Assembly: GCA_963674735.2 (NCBI GenBank)
Contig: CAXXQS010000002.1
Coordinates: 1,888,001 to 1,952,000, forward strand
Origin: Myxococcota bacterium
GTDB lineage: Bacteria > Myxococcota_A > SURF-8
Length of the DNA stretch: 64,000 nt
Direction of reading: 5' to 3'
A model generated the notes under the pieces. The model ran no database searches. It saw nothing but the letters and a program-made list of their open reading frames with translations, and had not been told where the DNA came from. Shown here in pieces: positions 26,952 through 36,488 of the stretch. The translations under genes and the position numbers were made by a program. How positions within the stretch are numbered: the stretch's first letter is position 1; each line of letters opens with the position of its first letter.

Positions 26952-29900
26952 ATGAAAGTAGTCGTTCTTGCCCTTGGCACCTTGGCGGTCGTCTTGGCGA
27001 CCGGATGGATGACAATATCGACGAGCCCCGTCGACACGCAACCCGCAGCCGGCGGAGTCTCGACCAGCGGTCTCAGCCTGACCGCCGACGACCGGGCCGC
27101 CTTGCGCGCCGGACAGCCGCCTCTGATCGTCGATCCCGATCGCCGACAGGCGCCGTCCACGGTTCTGGAGCGCGTGTTGGACGATGCAGCCCGGCGAGCC
27201 GCCGAACCGGCCCTGCTGCAACTGCGCCACGGCGACATCGATCCGCTGGCTCCGGCCTTCAAATCGGCCCCTGACCCGCTTGGGGCCGTCGCCCTGCCGA
27301 AAACGGTCGCGCAGCGCATCGACCGGCTCTCGACCCGAACGGTGCAAGCTCTGCAATTCGCCCACCCCCTCACGGTGGACGATCGTCTGCGCATCGAGGC
27401 GGCGGGGGGCGACATTGTGGGTTACATCCCGAACCAGGCCTTTCTGGTCGCGTGGCCCAAAGGCGCAACCGACACCCGCGACGCCTTGCCCGGTCTGCGC
27501 TGGAGCGGCGTCCTGCCTCTTTCGAGCAAACTCGATCCTGAATTGAAAGCGGCCCTGGAACTCGGGCTGGAAGACACATCCGAACCACTGCTTTTGGAGG
27601 TTTCCGCCTTTCGCGACGAAGACATGAACGGTTGGGACGAACTGGTGCGTGCGGCGGGAGCCGACGATCTGCGCTACCTGAGCTCGAACGGTCTGCCGCG
27701 CATGATGGTGGAAGTGACGGGAGAACACCTGGCGACGGTCGCCGCCGCTTTGGCCCGCCTCGCCGGGGTGGAAAATCTGCGCCTCTATACCATTCCCAAG
27801 TTGAAGAACTACGGATCGATCTGGCTCCTGCAGTCGGGCGACAGCGAACTCGAAGCCACCCCGCTGTTCGACGCGGGCCTCACCGGCTGGGGACAGATCT
27901 ACGGCTCCGCCGATTCCGGGCTCGACACCGATGCCTGCCAGTTCCGCTTGTCGGGACGATCCGGCGCGCAAACCCTGGCCCAATCGGTCAAACCGCCGAA
28001 AATCGAGATCAGCAACCCCGACGACAAGGTGATCGCCTATTACATCCTGCCCGGTTCGGAGGCCTACGACGAAACCTCGGGCAATTATCACGGCACCATG
28101 ACCTCCGGTTGCGCCGTCGGCGACAACTACCTCAATCCGGCCAGCGCCGACTCTCCCGGGCTCGACAAATCGGACGGCATGGCCCCCGCCGCACAGATCG
28201 TCTTTCAGGACGGCGGCAATTCGGCGGGCTTCCTGGTGGGTCTCAGCTTTTCGTCACCTTACGACCTCAACCTGCAAGCCTATCTGTCCGGCGCACGGGT
28301 GCACAACAACAGCTACGGCCGCGAAGGCAGTTACAACGCCTACGATTCTAGTTCCCAGGAAATCGATCGTTTCATGTGGGACTATCCGGACTACCTGGTG
28401 GTCTTTGCCGCAGGAAATGCGGGACCGCGGGAAGGCACGCTGGGCGGCGAAGGCAGCACCGCCAAAAACACCCTGGCAGTGGGCGCGTCGATGCCCGGCT
28501 GGTATGAAGGCGGTAAGGATCTCATTTCGTTCTCCAGCCGCGGACCCACCACCGACGGCCGCCTGAAACCCGATCTGGTGGCCCCGGGCCTGATCGAATC
28601 GGCCACCGAAATCGCCCCGCGCAAACTCGACGGCGTCACCAACGTCTGGGGCAATCCGGCCTACGAATCCTCGACGGTGCCCCCCAACGACCAATGCGCC
28701 GTGGATATCACCAGCGGTACCAGCTTCTCGTCGCCCACCGCCGCAGGCATGGCGCTTCTGGTACGCCAGTACTTCACCGACGGCTATTATCCGGGCGGCG
28801 AACGCAACGCCGACGATGCCTTCATTCCCAGTTCGGCCCTGATTCGCGCCGTCATGCTGAATTCCAGCCGCGCGCTGGCCGGAGACGTGCTGGGCTTCAA
28901 CGGAGGCGGAACCGAAGTGATCGGCGACATCGATCCGCCGCCCTCCACCCATCAAGGCTGGGGCGTCATCACGCTGAACGATGCCCTGTATCTCAAGGGC
29001 GACCACCGCGACCTGGAGGTTCTGGCCGACATCGCGAACGGAACCGCCGACGCCATCACGCAAAACGACAACCAAACCTATACCCTCAAAGTCCGTTCCG
29101 GGGACGAACTGAAAATCAGCCTGGTCTGGATCGATCCGCCCGGATCCGCCGGTAGCGGCAAGGCATTGGTCAACGACCTCGATCTCGTGGTCGAAGCGCC
29201 CAACGGCGATGTCTATTTCGGTAACCGACGCTTCAATTACGGCCAATCGTCCCCCGTACTGGATAACACCGAACCCGACCGGCTGAATTCGCACGAGCAA
29301 GTCATCCTGGGCGACCCCGACAGCGGCGACTACACCCTCCACGTCATCGGGGCATCCGTCCCGGGCACCGGTTCGGTGAATGCGGCCGACTCGCAGCAAC
29401 AGGGTTACGCCCTTATCGCCACCGGCGACCTGGGCCAGGGCGATGAACAGCTTCTACCGCGTATCACGCTGCAACGGGTGGTCATTGGCGGCGGCTGCGA
29501 CAACGACGTCGCGCTCGACAAAAACGAAACCGTCACGGCCAAAATTCTGGTCATCAATTCCGGGGACGGCGCGGCCGAGGCCATGTCGGCACAGGTTTCC
29601 GTTGTCGAGGACGAAACCGACATCGACCCCGAGTTGATCCTTTTACCCAATGACGGCCTGTTCGATGTCCCGCGCATGGAAGCCCGCTCGCGCCTCGATT
29701 TCGGGCTGAAAATCGGCTTGATCAATACCGACGCGGACATCTGCGGAGGCTCGGCGACCTTTGCGGTTGTCATTTCCGATGCGGACGGCCAGGCGGTGCG
29801 CGAAACCAGCTTCACCATCCCGCTGGGAAAAGATTACCTGGAAGACGGCACCATCTTGTGCCAGACCGAGCTGTGCAACCCGCCCGCCACCATTACCGAA

Positions 29901-30320
29901 GTGATTCCGCACATCATGCGGCCGGGACAAGTCGGCCTGGCGGTGGTGATGAAGGGCAGCTACTTGTCGGATGACCTGAGCATCGAATTCGATCCGCCGG
30001 TTTTGGAATGCCGCGAACTGGAAGTGCGCGATTCCCGGGAAGCGGTTTACAAGGGCTGCAACGTGCTGGAAGACGCCGAAATCGGCCCGGTGGCGATACT
30101 GGCCGCCAATGAAGACGATCCGCAATCCCGCTACGAAGATCTGCTAGAATTGCAGGCCGCCGGGGAAACGGACGGCGATGTGGACGGCGCGGACGGCGAC
30201 GGCGACACCATCACGCCCGAAAAAGACGGCGGCGGATGCCGGAGCGCGCAACCGGGAACCGTCTGGTTGTGGTGGACCTTGTTGCTGCTGCCCTTCATGC
30301 GGAGGCGCGTGCGCTCGTGA
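26952..30320 (+). CDS. S8 subtilisin-like protease (KP-43-like) with MYXO-CTERM-like tail
   Basis: Triad ADSGLD / HGTMTSG / SGTSFSSP; FAAGN; FSSRGPT.DGRLKPD; LVNDLDL; C-terminus GGGCRS-TM-RRR. Confidence 0.92.
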   Translation: MKVVVLALGTLAVVLATGWMTISTSPVDTQPAAGGVSTSGLSLTADDRAALRAGQPPLIVDPDRRQAPSTVLERVLDDAARRAAEPALLQLRHGDIDPLAPAFKSAPDPLGAVALPKTVAQRIDRLSTRTVQALQFAHPLTVDDRLRIEAAGGDIVGYIPNQAFLVAWPKGATDTRDALPGLRWSGVLPLSSKLDPELKAALELGLEDTSEPLLLEVSAFRDEDMNGWDELVRAAGADDLRYLSSNGLPRMMVEVTGEHLATVAAALARLAGVENLRLYTIPKLKNYGSIWLLQSGDSELEATPLFDAGLTGWGQIYGSADSGLDTDACQFRLSGRSGAQTLAQSVKPPKIEISNPDDKVIAYYILPGSEAYDETSGNYHGTMTSGCAVGDNYLNPASADSPGLDKSDGMAPAAQIVFQDGGNSAGFLVGLSFSSPYDLNLQAYLSGARVHNNSYGREGSYNAYDSSSQEIDRFMWDYPDYLVVFAAGNAGPREGTLGGEGSTAKNTLAVGASMPGWYEGGKDLISFSSRGPTTDGRLKPDLVAPGLIESATEIAPRKLDGVTNVWGNPAYESSTVPPNDQCAVDITSGTSFSSPTAAGMALLVRQYFTDGYYPGGERNADDAFIPSSALIRAVMLNSSRALAGDVLGFNGGGTEVIGDIDPPPSTHQGWGVITLNDALYLKGDHRDLEVLADIANGTADAITQNDNQTYTLKVRSGDELKISLVWIDPPGSAGSGKALVNDLDLVVEAPNGDVYFGNRRFNYGQSSPVLDNTEPDRLNSHEQVILGDPDSGDYTLHVIGASVPGTGSVNAADSQQQGYALIATGDLGQGDEQLLPRITLQRVVIGGGCDNDVALDKNETVTAKILVINSGDGAAEAMSAQVSVVEDETDIDPELILLPNDGLFDVPRMEARSRLDFGLKIGLINTDADICGGSATFAVVISDADGQAVRETSFTIPLGKDYLEDGTILCQTELCNPPATITEVIPHIMRPGQVGLAVVMKGSYLSDDLSIEFDPPVLECRELEVRDSREAVYKGCNVLEDAEIGPVAILAANEDDPQSRYEDLLELQAAGETDGDVDGADGDGDTITPEKDGGGCRSAQPGTVWLWWTLLLLPFMRRRVRS

Positions 30321-30922
30321 AGGAAAAACAACTTCTACGCCTCGCCATCCTGTTCGTTCTGGGTTACCTCATCTATACCTACGTCTTCGACGCAGGCCGT
30401 AACCTGGCCGAACCGATGCTCGGTCCCGCCAACCCCGAGCAAGTCAGTCCCACCGTGCTCAATCGCGCCCCCGAGCTCGACGCCGTGGACTTCGACGGAG
30501 CGGCGGTGACCCTCGAAACGCTGCGCGGCAAGGCGGTGCTGCTCACCTTCTGGGCTCCCTGGTGCGGCGCCTGTCAACACGAATTGAAAGGGCTCGAAGC
30601 CCTCGCCCGCCAATTGGGGGACGAAGCCCACGTGCTGGCTCTGGCCACCCACTACCGCCGCGCGGAAAACGTGGTGGAAACCGCCCAGGATAAAAGCCTG
30701 AAGGCCGCGCGTGTCTTGCTCGATCGCGACGACGACACCGGTATCCGCTACGGCATTCGTGTCTTCCCCACCTCGCTGATCATCGACCCCACCGGGATCG
30801 TGCGCTACCGTTTGGAAGGTCTGCGCAGTTGGGATTCCGATTCGGCTCTGCGTGAGTTGCGTCAGATCGCCGCCTGCACGGAAAACGGCTGCCCCGACTA
30901 CGTTCCGCCCGAGGCGTCGTAA
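30317..30922 (+). CDS. TlpA-family thiol:disulfide oxidoreductase
   Basis: N-terminal TM, FWAPWCGAC, FPTSLIID; GTGA overlap with the protease. Confidence 0.88.
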   Translation: MKEKQLLRLAILFVLGYLIYTYVFDAGRNLAEPMLGPANPEQVSPTVLNRAPELDAVDFDGAAVTLETLRGKAVLLTFWAPWCGACQHELKGLEALARQLGDEAHVLALATHYRRAENVVETAQDKSLKAARVLLDRDDDTGIRYGIRVFPTSLIIDPTGIVRYRLEGLRSWDSDSALRELRQIAACTENGCPDYVPPEAS

Positions 30923-31016
30923 ACGGCAGACTTGAAACCTCACTCCCACTCAATCCTGTTGGAGTGCATCTCCGACGGGTTTTCGGGCGAACCGTAAAAA
31001 TCCGACATTCAGCTAT

Positions 31017-31565
31017 TCAGCGTGAGCCCAGCAGATCCCGAATCGCGCTCAGCAGATCGGGATGGTAGGCGTCGGGCGGGGGATTCTCGCCGTGGGTTGT
31101 TTGGGTCGGCGTGCCGACCCGCATCGCGCGTACTCCGGCGGCCCGCGCCGCGCCGATGTCGCTGGGCGAATCGCCGATCAGGACGCATTGGTCGGCTTCC
31201 AGGCCGTAACGTTGCATGGCGTCGAGCAGCAGGCCCGGTTGCGGTTTGCGGCAGGCGCAGTGGTCGTCGAGTCCGTGGGGGCAGACGAAAAAGGCGTCGA
31301 GATGCGCGTTGCTTGTTTCCTTGAGGCGCGTTTGCAACTCGGCGTGCACGGCATCCACATCCGCCGCCGTCATCAAGCCGCGTGCGATGCCGCGTTGATT
31401 GGTGACCACCAGCGCCCACACCCCCGCATCGTTGAGCAGGCGGACGGCCTCGGGAACGCCGGGCAGCAGGCGCAGTTGGTCGGGTTTGCGGATGTAGTCG
31501 TGATCGGGGGCTTTTTCGTTCAACACCCCGTCGCGGTCGAGTAATACCGCTTTGATGGTTGCCAT
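31017..31565 (-). CDS. gmhB: D,D-heptose 1,7-bisphosphate phosphatase (HAD IIIA)
   Basis: LDRDGVLN, VTNQRG, CPH..CACRKP.PG, IGDS.SD. Confidence 0.9.
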   Translation of the reverse strand: MATIKAVLLDRDGVLNEKAPDHDYIRKPDQLRLLPGVPEAVRLLNDAGVWALVVTNQRGIARGLMTAADVDAVHAELQTRLKETSNAHLDAFFVCPHGLDDHCACRKPQPGLLLDAMQRYGLEADQCVLIGDSPSDIGAARAAGVRAMRVGTPTQTTHGENPPPDAYHPDLLSAIRDLLGSR

Positions 31566-31607
31566 GCTTCATGCACCTGAATCACGGTAGACGAAACGAC
31601 GAAGCGG

Positions 31608-32180
31608 CTAGCCTTCCGCTTCGAAACGCGCCTTGAAATAAAAACTGATGACATGCTCGTAGAACATGTGGGCCGATTCGACCAGGCCGTAATCGTAACT
31701 GTCGACGGTCAGCTCTTCATCCACCATGCTGCGCATCTTGCCGCCGCCGAAACCCAGCAGGCCGACCGTTTTCGCGCCGCGCTCCGTGGCGTAGGTCAGC
31801 GCCCGCACGACGTTTTCGCTGTTGCCCGAGCAGGAAATGCCCACCACCAGATCGTCGGCTTCGAGCAGATTTTTCAGTTGCTCGATGAAGATATCGTCGT
31901 AGCTCAAGTCGTTGGCGATGGCCGTGATGGTGCTGATGTTGTCGCACAGCGAAATCACCTTGAAGCGCGGATGTCCCTCGACCGCCGCACCCTTGCCCAG
32001 GTCGTTGGCCCAGTGCGAGGCGGTGGCGGCGGAACCGCCGTTGCCGATGATGTAAACGGTTTTTCCTTTTTTGAGCACGGCGTCGAACAAATCGACGATG
32101 CGGCCCAAGGTTGCCTGGTCGGTGACATCGAGCAGGCGTTTCATTTCGCTGAAATTCTTGCCGGAGTAATCTGAAAACAT
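31608..32180 (-). CDS. gmhA: Phosphoheptose isomerase (SIS)
   Basis: GNGGSAATASH, TAIAND, ISCSGNSENV, ESAH. Confidence 0.88.
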   Translation of the reverse strand: MFSDYSGKNFSEMKRLLDVTDQATLGRIVDLFDAVLKKGKTVYIIGNGGSAATASHWANDLGKGAAVEGHPRFKVISLCDNISTITAIANDLSYDDIFIEQLKNLLEADDLVVGISCSGNSENVVRALTYATERGAKTVGLLGFGGGKMRSMVDEELTVDSYDYGLVESAHMFYEHVISFYFKARFEAEG

Positions 32181-32202
32181 GATGCGATCCTGTTCTCTGC
32201 GG

Positions 32203-33366
32203 CTAACCCGCCGCCTTTTCCCAGCGTCCGTTCGGGCGCGTCAACAGAAGGTTTACCAGCCCAAGCGATAGGGCGAGATTGATGATAACGAAATAGTGCA
32301 TCCAGCGCAACGGCCGCCAACGCTTGCGCCAGGCGGGAAACCAGTGGCCGACGAGCACCAAGCCGTACATGAAGGATTGGAGAGCGAAAAGGCCGAGATA
32401 TATTCCGGAATCCGTTAGCGCCAGACAGCCCCACCAGGCCGTCAGCATAAAGAGAAAGCCCAGCCAGCGCAAGACCTTGTGGCTGAAGTAGACGTAGAAA
32501 AGGCGAAGGTTGCGCGGCCACAACAGGTGACGAAAACGCCATAATATCTGATAGTTGCCCGATCCAATGCGTGTTCGGCGAGCGAATTCTTCCCGGGCGT
32601 CGAGGCCCATTTCCTCCACCATCGTCGCCTCGTCGTCCACCACCACGTCCTTACCGGTGGCCGCGATGGAAAGCGGCAGATGAAAATCGTCGCAGAGGGT
32701 GTCGGGCGGCAGGGGGGTGAAGTCGCTCCGGCGCAGGCAATACCCCGCCCCGGATGGCTGGATGGCCTGCCCAAGACGGCTTTCCTCGCGGCGTAGAAAC
32801 GATTCCAAGCGCCAATACAGCCCCTCGCCGGTATCCTCGCTGCCGTCGGCGCGCCGGTAGATGAGGCGCGCCCCGGCGACGCCGATGGCGGGATCCTGCA
32901 GACGCCGCACCAGCCGTTTCAGCATGGCGGGGTCGTGCTGGCTGGTGGCGTCGGACATCAAAAGCAGCTCGGCGTCGCAGTCCTCCACCAGGCGGTTGAC
33001 GACCCCCGCTTTGCCGGTACGCTCGTGAAAGGGCCGGATATGGATACGCGGGTCGTCTTGCGCTTCCCGCCGGGCGATTTCCACGGTTGCATCGGCCGAG
33101 CAGTCGTCGCCCAGCCGCAAGGTCAGCCGCTCGGGTGGATAGTCGAGCGCGCGGAAATTGGCGATTTTGTCCGCGATGCCCGCCGCTTCGTTGTAGGCCG
33201 AGACGATCAGCGCCACCGAGGGCCATTCGGCGGGTGGGTCCGGAAGCGGGCGTTCCTTGATCCGCTTTCGCAGCAGCCACAACGACAGCGGGTAGCCGAG
33301 ATAGGGATAAACCAGGGCCGCGATGGAAATCCAGACGGCCGCAGTGGCGAGGGCGGTGAGCAGCAT
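32203..33366 (-). CDS. Glycosyltransferase family 2 (CesA-like)
   Basis: YPYLGYP, SAYNE, GKAG, EGLYWRLE, DDF, RRTRI, SHKVLRW. Confidence 0.9.
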   Translation of the reverse strand: MLLTALATAAVWISIAALVYPYLGYPLSLWLLRKRIKERPLPDPPAEWPSVALIVSAYNEAAGIADKIANFRALDYPPERLTLRLGDDCSADATVEIARREAQDDPRIHIRPFHERTGKAGVVNRLVEDCDAELLLMSDATSQHDPAMLKRLVRRLQDPAIGVAGARLIYRRADGSEDTGEGLYWRLESFLRREESRLGQAIQPSGAGYCLRRSDFTPLPPDTLCDDFHLPLSIAATGKDVVVDDEATMVEEMGLDAREEFARRTRIGSGNYQILWRFRHLLWPRNLRLFYVYFSHKVLRWLGFLFMLTAWWGCLALTDSGIYLGLFALQSFMYGLVLVGHWFPAWRKRWRPLRWMHYFVIINLALSLGLVNLLLTRPNGRWEKAAG

Positions 33367-33369
33367 CGT

Positions 33370-34347
33370 TTAGCGATCGGTTCCGACGTAAAGGATTTTG
33401 GAGCCTTGCGGTTCCAGGCGGAAGGGGATTTCGCGCAGGCCCGCCGCCTCGGCTACGCGCCGACGGTTTTGTTTTTCGACGAACAGGAAGAGAAAGCCGC
33501 CGCCGCCCGCCCCGGCGATCTTGCCGCCCAGCGCCCCGGCGCTGCGGGCCGCCCGGTAGACCTGATCGATGGCGTTATTGGAAACGCCGTCGGCCACGCC
33601 GCGTTTGAGTTCCCAGCCTGCGTGCATGATATCTCCCACGCGTGAGAGATGGGTGCCTTCGGTAAGGACTTGCGCCACCTCGCCCGACAAATCGCGCATG
33701 GCCGTCAGGCGCTGCTGATTGTCTTTCGCCCGTTCGGCGTGCTGCTTGAGGATATCGGAGGCGCGGCGCGTATCGCCGGTGTAGAACATGGCCAGGTGCT
33801 CGTTCAGCGCGTCTTTGGTGTCGCGCGTGCAGATGACGGGGTTGACAAAGACGGTTTCGTCGGCGTTGAAGCGGATGACGTTGATGCCACCGTAGGCCGC
33901 GATGTACTGGTCTTGCTTGCCGATGGGTTCTTTCAGAATGTCGATTTCGATTTCGCAGGCCTCCGCCGCCAAGCGTTCCGGGGAAACGAAAACGCCCTGG
34001 TAGGCATACAGCGCGTTGAGAAGTCCGACGGTGAACGACGATGACGAGCCCAGGCCGGTTCCGGACGGAATGTCGGCCATGCTGATGATTTCCAGCCCGT
34101 GTTCGAGCCCCAGCCGTTCCAGGGCGGCGCGCACGATGGGGTGGCGCACTTCGGAGGCGTGGGCGACGATTTCCGTCTTGTTGTAGCTGATGCGGATGCT
34201 GTCGTCGAAGCTGCGATTGACGGTGATGTACATGTATTTGTCGATGGTGGTGGACAACACCTGCCCGTAACCGGAGCGGTAATAGGACTGCAGATCGGTG
34301 CCGCCGCCGGCGAAGCTCAGGCGAAACGGGGTGCGGGAAATAATCAT
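33370..34347 (-). CDS. hddA: D-glycero-alpha-D-manno-heptose-7-phosphate kinase (GHMP)
   Basis: TPFRLSFAGGGTD, PSGTGLGSSS, IGKQDQY, GKIAGAGGGGF. Confidence 0.88.
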   Translation of the reverse strand: MIISRTPFRLSFAGGGTDLQSYYRSGYGQVLSTTIDKYMYITVNRSFDDSIRISYNKTEIVAHASEVRHPIVRAALERLGLEHGLEIISMADIPSGTGLGSSSSFTVGLLNALYAYQGVFVSPERLAAEACEIEIDILKEPIGKQDQYIAAYGGINVIRFNADETVFVNPVICTRDTKDALNEHLAMFYTGDTRRASDILKQHAERAKDNQQRLTAMRDLSGEVAQVLTEGTHLSRVGDIMHAGWELKRGVADGVSNNAIDQVYRAARSAGALGGKIAGAGGGGFLFLFVEKQNRRRVAEAAGLREIPFRLEPQGSKILYVGTDR

Positions 34348-34381
34348 GCGCGTCTCCTCGTTGCGAAACGGAAAGCGGGTA

Positions 34382-35329
34382 TCAGGCCAATTGCTGGGTC
34401 AGCATGCGGGCGGCTTCGTCCACCGCTTCATCGGAATCGAAGCGGGGCGTCCAGCCCAAGGCCGCCAGTTTGCGGTTATCGAGCCGGACCTGCGGGACAT
34501 CGCCCGTCCAGCCGCGTACACCGCCGCTGTGAACGAGCTCTACGTCCGTAAGCCCCATCGCCTGGATGACGGCCTGGGCGAGGCGGTCGACGCTGCTGGC
34601 GCCGTCGCAGGTCAGGTTGAAGACATTGACGGCCTCGCTGGCGTGGGTAAAACCGTACCACATGCCGTCGACGAGTTCACGGACATACACGTAGGGCTTG
34701 GCCTGCTTGCCATCCCCCAGAATCGGAAGTTTCGTGGGGTCGGCTTTGAGTTTATTGATGAAATCCACCAGCGCGCCGTGGGTGCCGTTGCGCCCGACGA
34801 CATTGCCGAAGCGGAACATCCAGGTTTGGAAATCGAAATTGTGCGCAAAGGCGGTGATGAGTCCTTCGCAGGCCAGCTTGGATGCGCCGTAAAGCGAGAT
34901 GGGCAAAAGCGGACCGTAGTTTTCGGGGGTCGGCATGACGGTCGCCTCGCCGTAGATCGCCGAAGTGGACGCGAAGACCAGCTTCTTGACCTCCGTTCGG
35001 CGCATGGCTTCCAGTGTGTTGTAGGTGGCCAGGGTGCCGTGCTTGAGATCCCAGTCGGTGTAGCTGCGCCCATAGGAGATGTCGGAGTTGGCGGCCAGGT
35101 GGAACACGGCGTCCGCGCCGCGCATGGCTTCCACCAGCGGATCGAGGTCGAGCAGGTCGGCCTTGACGAAGGTCAGCCCGCGCGGCTTGAGCGGGTCGAG
35201 GAAGGCCTCCTGTCCCAGCATCAGGTTGTCGTAGGCGATGACGCGCCAACCCTCGTCGAGCAGGCGCTCGCAGAGGTTGCTGCCGATAAATCCGGCTCCG
35301 CCGGTGACGAATGCCAGTGGTTTCACCAC
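34382..35329 (-). CDS. NAD-dependent epimerase/dehydratase
   Basis: VTGGAGFIGS, HLAAN, YGASK, GWTGDV; GTG start. Confidence 0.9.
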   Translation of the reverse strand: MVKPLAFVTGGAGFIGSNLCERLLDEGWRVIAYDNLMLGQEAFLDPLKPRGLTFVKADLLDLDPLVEAMRGADAVFHLAANSDISYGRSYTDWDLKHGTLATYNTLEAMRRTEVKKLVFASTSAIYGEATVMPTPENYGPLLPISLYGASKLACEGLITAFAHNFDFQTWMFRFGNVVGRNGTHGALVDFINKLKADPTKLPILGDGKQAKPYVYVRELVDGMWYGFTHASEAVNVFNLTCDGASSVDRLAQAVIQAMGLTDVELVHSGGVRGWTGDVPQVRLDNRKLAALGWTPRFDSDEAVDEAARMLTQQLA

Positions 35330-35348
35330 GTTCGTTTCCTTTCGTTCG

Positions 35349-36488
35349 TCAAACGCCCTGAGACAGCAGGCGTTCGTAAATTCGTTCCGTGCGCGCGACC
35401 ATCGTGCCGACCGAAAAATGCTCGTGCATGCGAGCGCGACCGACTGCACCCATTTGCCGCAACGTGCTGGATTCGATATCGTTCAAGTTTAGCATGATCG
35501 AGGCGATGCTCGCAACCTCCGTCGGATCGAAGAGCCAGCCGCTGCGCTTTTCGTCCACCAGGCGAGACATGTCGGAGATCCGCGAAGCCAGAATCGGCCG
35601 CCCGGCGGCCTGGGCTTCGAGCACCACGTTGGGACAGCCCTCCCACAGCGAAGCCAGCACCACGGCGTCGGCGGCGGCATAGAAGCGTTCGATATCGGGC
35701 GCGGGCTCGTGAAAGAGCACCCGGTCGGACACCCCGGCCTCCTCGATGAAGTGTTTGAGCGCGGTTGCATAGTCTCCGCGCGGCGCGCTTCCGACGATCA
35801 GAAGCTTCCAGGCATGCTGTGTGAGCGTCCTGGCCTGCACGAGTGCCTGCACGAGCGCCAGATGATTCTTTTCGGGGGATGGACGGCCGACCATCAGCAA
35901 CAGCCGCTCTTCGTTGGCGATGCGCAGGGCGGCGCGGGTGGTGTTGCGCGTGGCGTCGGCGGCCGTGAAACGCTCGACATCCACCCCGTTGTGAATGACG
36001 TAGATCTTTTGCGCGGGCAGGCGGTAGTCGTCGATCAGCCGCTGCTTGGCCGTGTGGGTATTGGCGATGACGGCTTGCGCCAGGCGATAGGCGGTCCCTT
36101 CCGCCATCCGCACCCGGCGCGGGCGGTCGGGCTGGTTGGAGCGCTCGGAGGCGATGGCCATGCAGCCGGGAAGCAGTTGCGCGGCGGTGGCGGCGTACAA
36201 GTTTGGACCGGCCAACGAACCCTGAAGCAGACGGAATTTGTGGCGTAGGGCACCGGCGGCGAGTTGGAGCGCCAGTTGCGGCGACAACCCGAGGCGTTTA
36301 TGCAGGCGGTGGACCGGTATTCCGGCGTCCTGCAAAACGGGCAGGTGGAAGGTCGGATCGGCGTAGTAGTAGATATATGGTGCGAAAGCCCGTGGATTCA
36401 GACGTAGCACGAGTTCGACGAGCTGACGTTGTGCGCCGCCGGGCCCGAGATCGTCGATGATAAAACCGATTCCGACCGGCTGTTTCAT
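35349..36488 (-). CDS. Glycosyltransferase family 4
   Basis: Starts MKQPVGIG; GGAQRQ, HNGVD, SLWEGCPNVVLEA; ATGA overlap with asnB. Confidence 0.9.
   Translation of the reverse strand: MKQPVGIGFIIDDLGPGGAQRQLVELVLRLNPRAFAPYIYYYADPTFHLPVLQDAGIPVHRLHKRLGLSPQLALQLAAGALRHKFRLLQGSLAGPNLYAATAAQLLPGCMAIASERSNQPDRPRRVRMAEGTAYRLAQAVIANTHTAKQRLIDDYRLPAQKIYVIHNGVDVERFTAADATRNTTRAALRIANEERLLLMVGRPSPEKNHLALVQALVQARTLTQHAWKLLIVGSAPRGDYATALKHFIEEAGVSDRVLFHEPAPDIERFYAAADAVVLASLWEGCPNVVLEAQAAGRPILASRISDMSRLVDEKRSGWLFDPTEVASIASIMLNLNDIESSTLRQMGAVGRARMHEHFSVGTMVARTERIYERLLSQGV

Noticed and set aside
22627-31000. Possible GC-skew inversion of this segment
   Set aside because: Spot counts were inconsistent between lines; cannot be supported without a computed skew.
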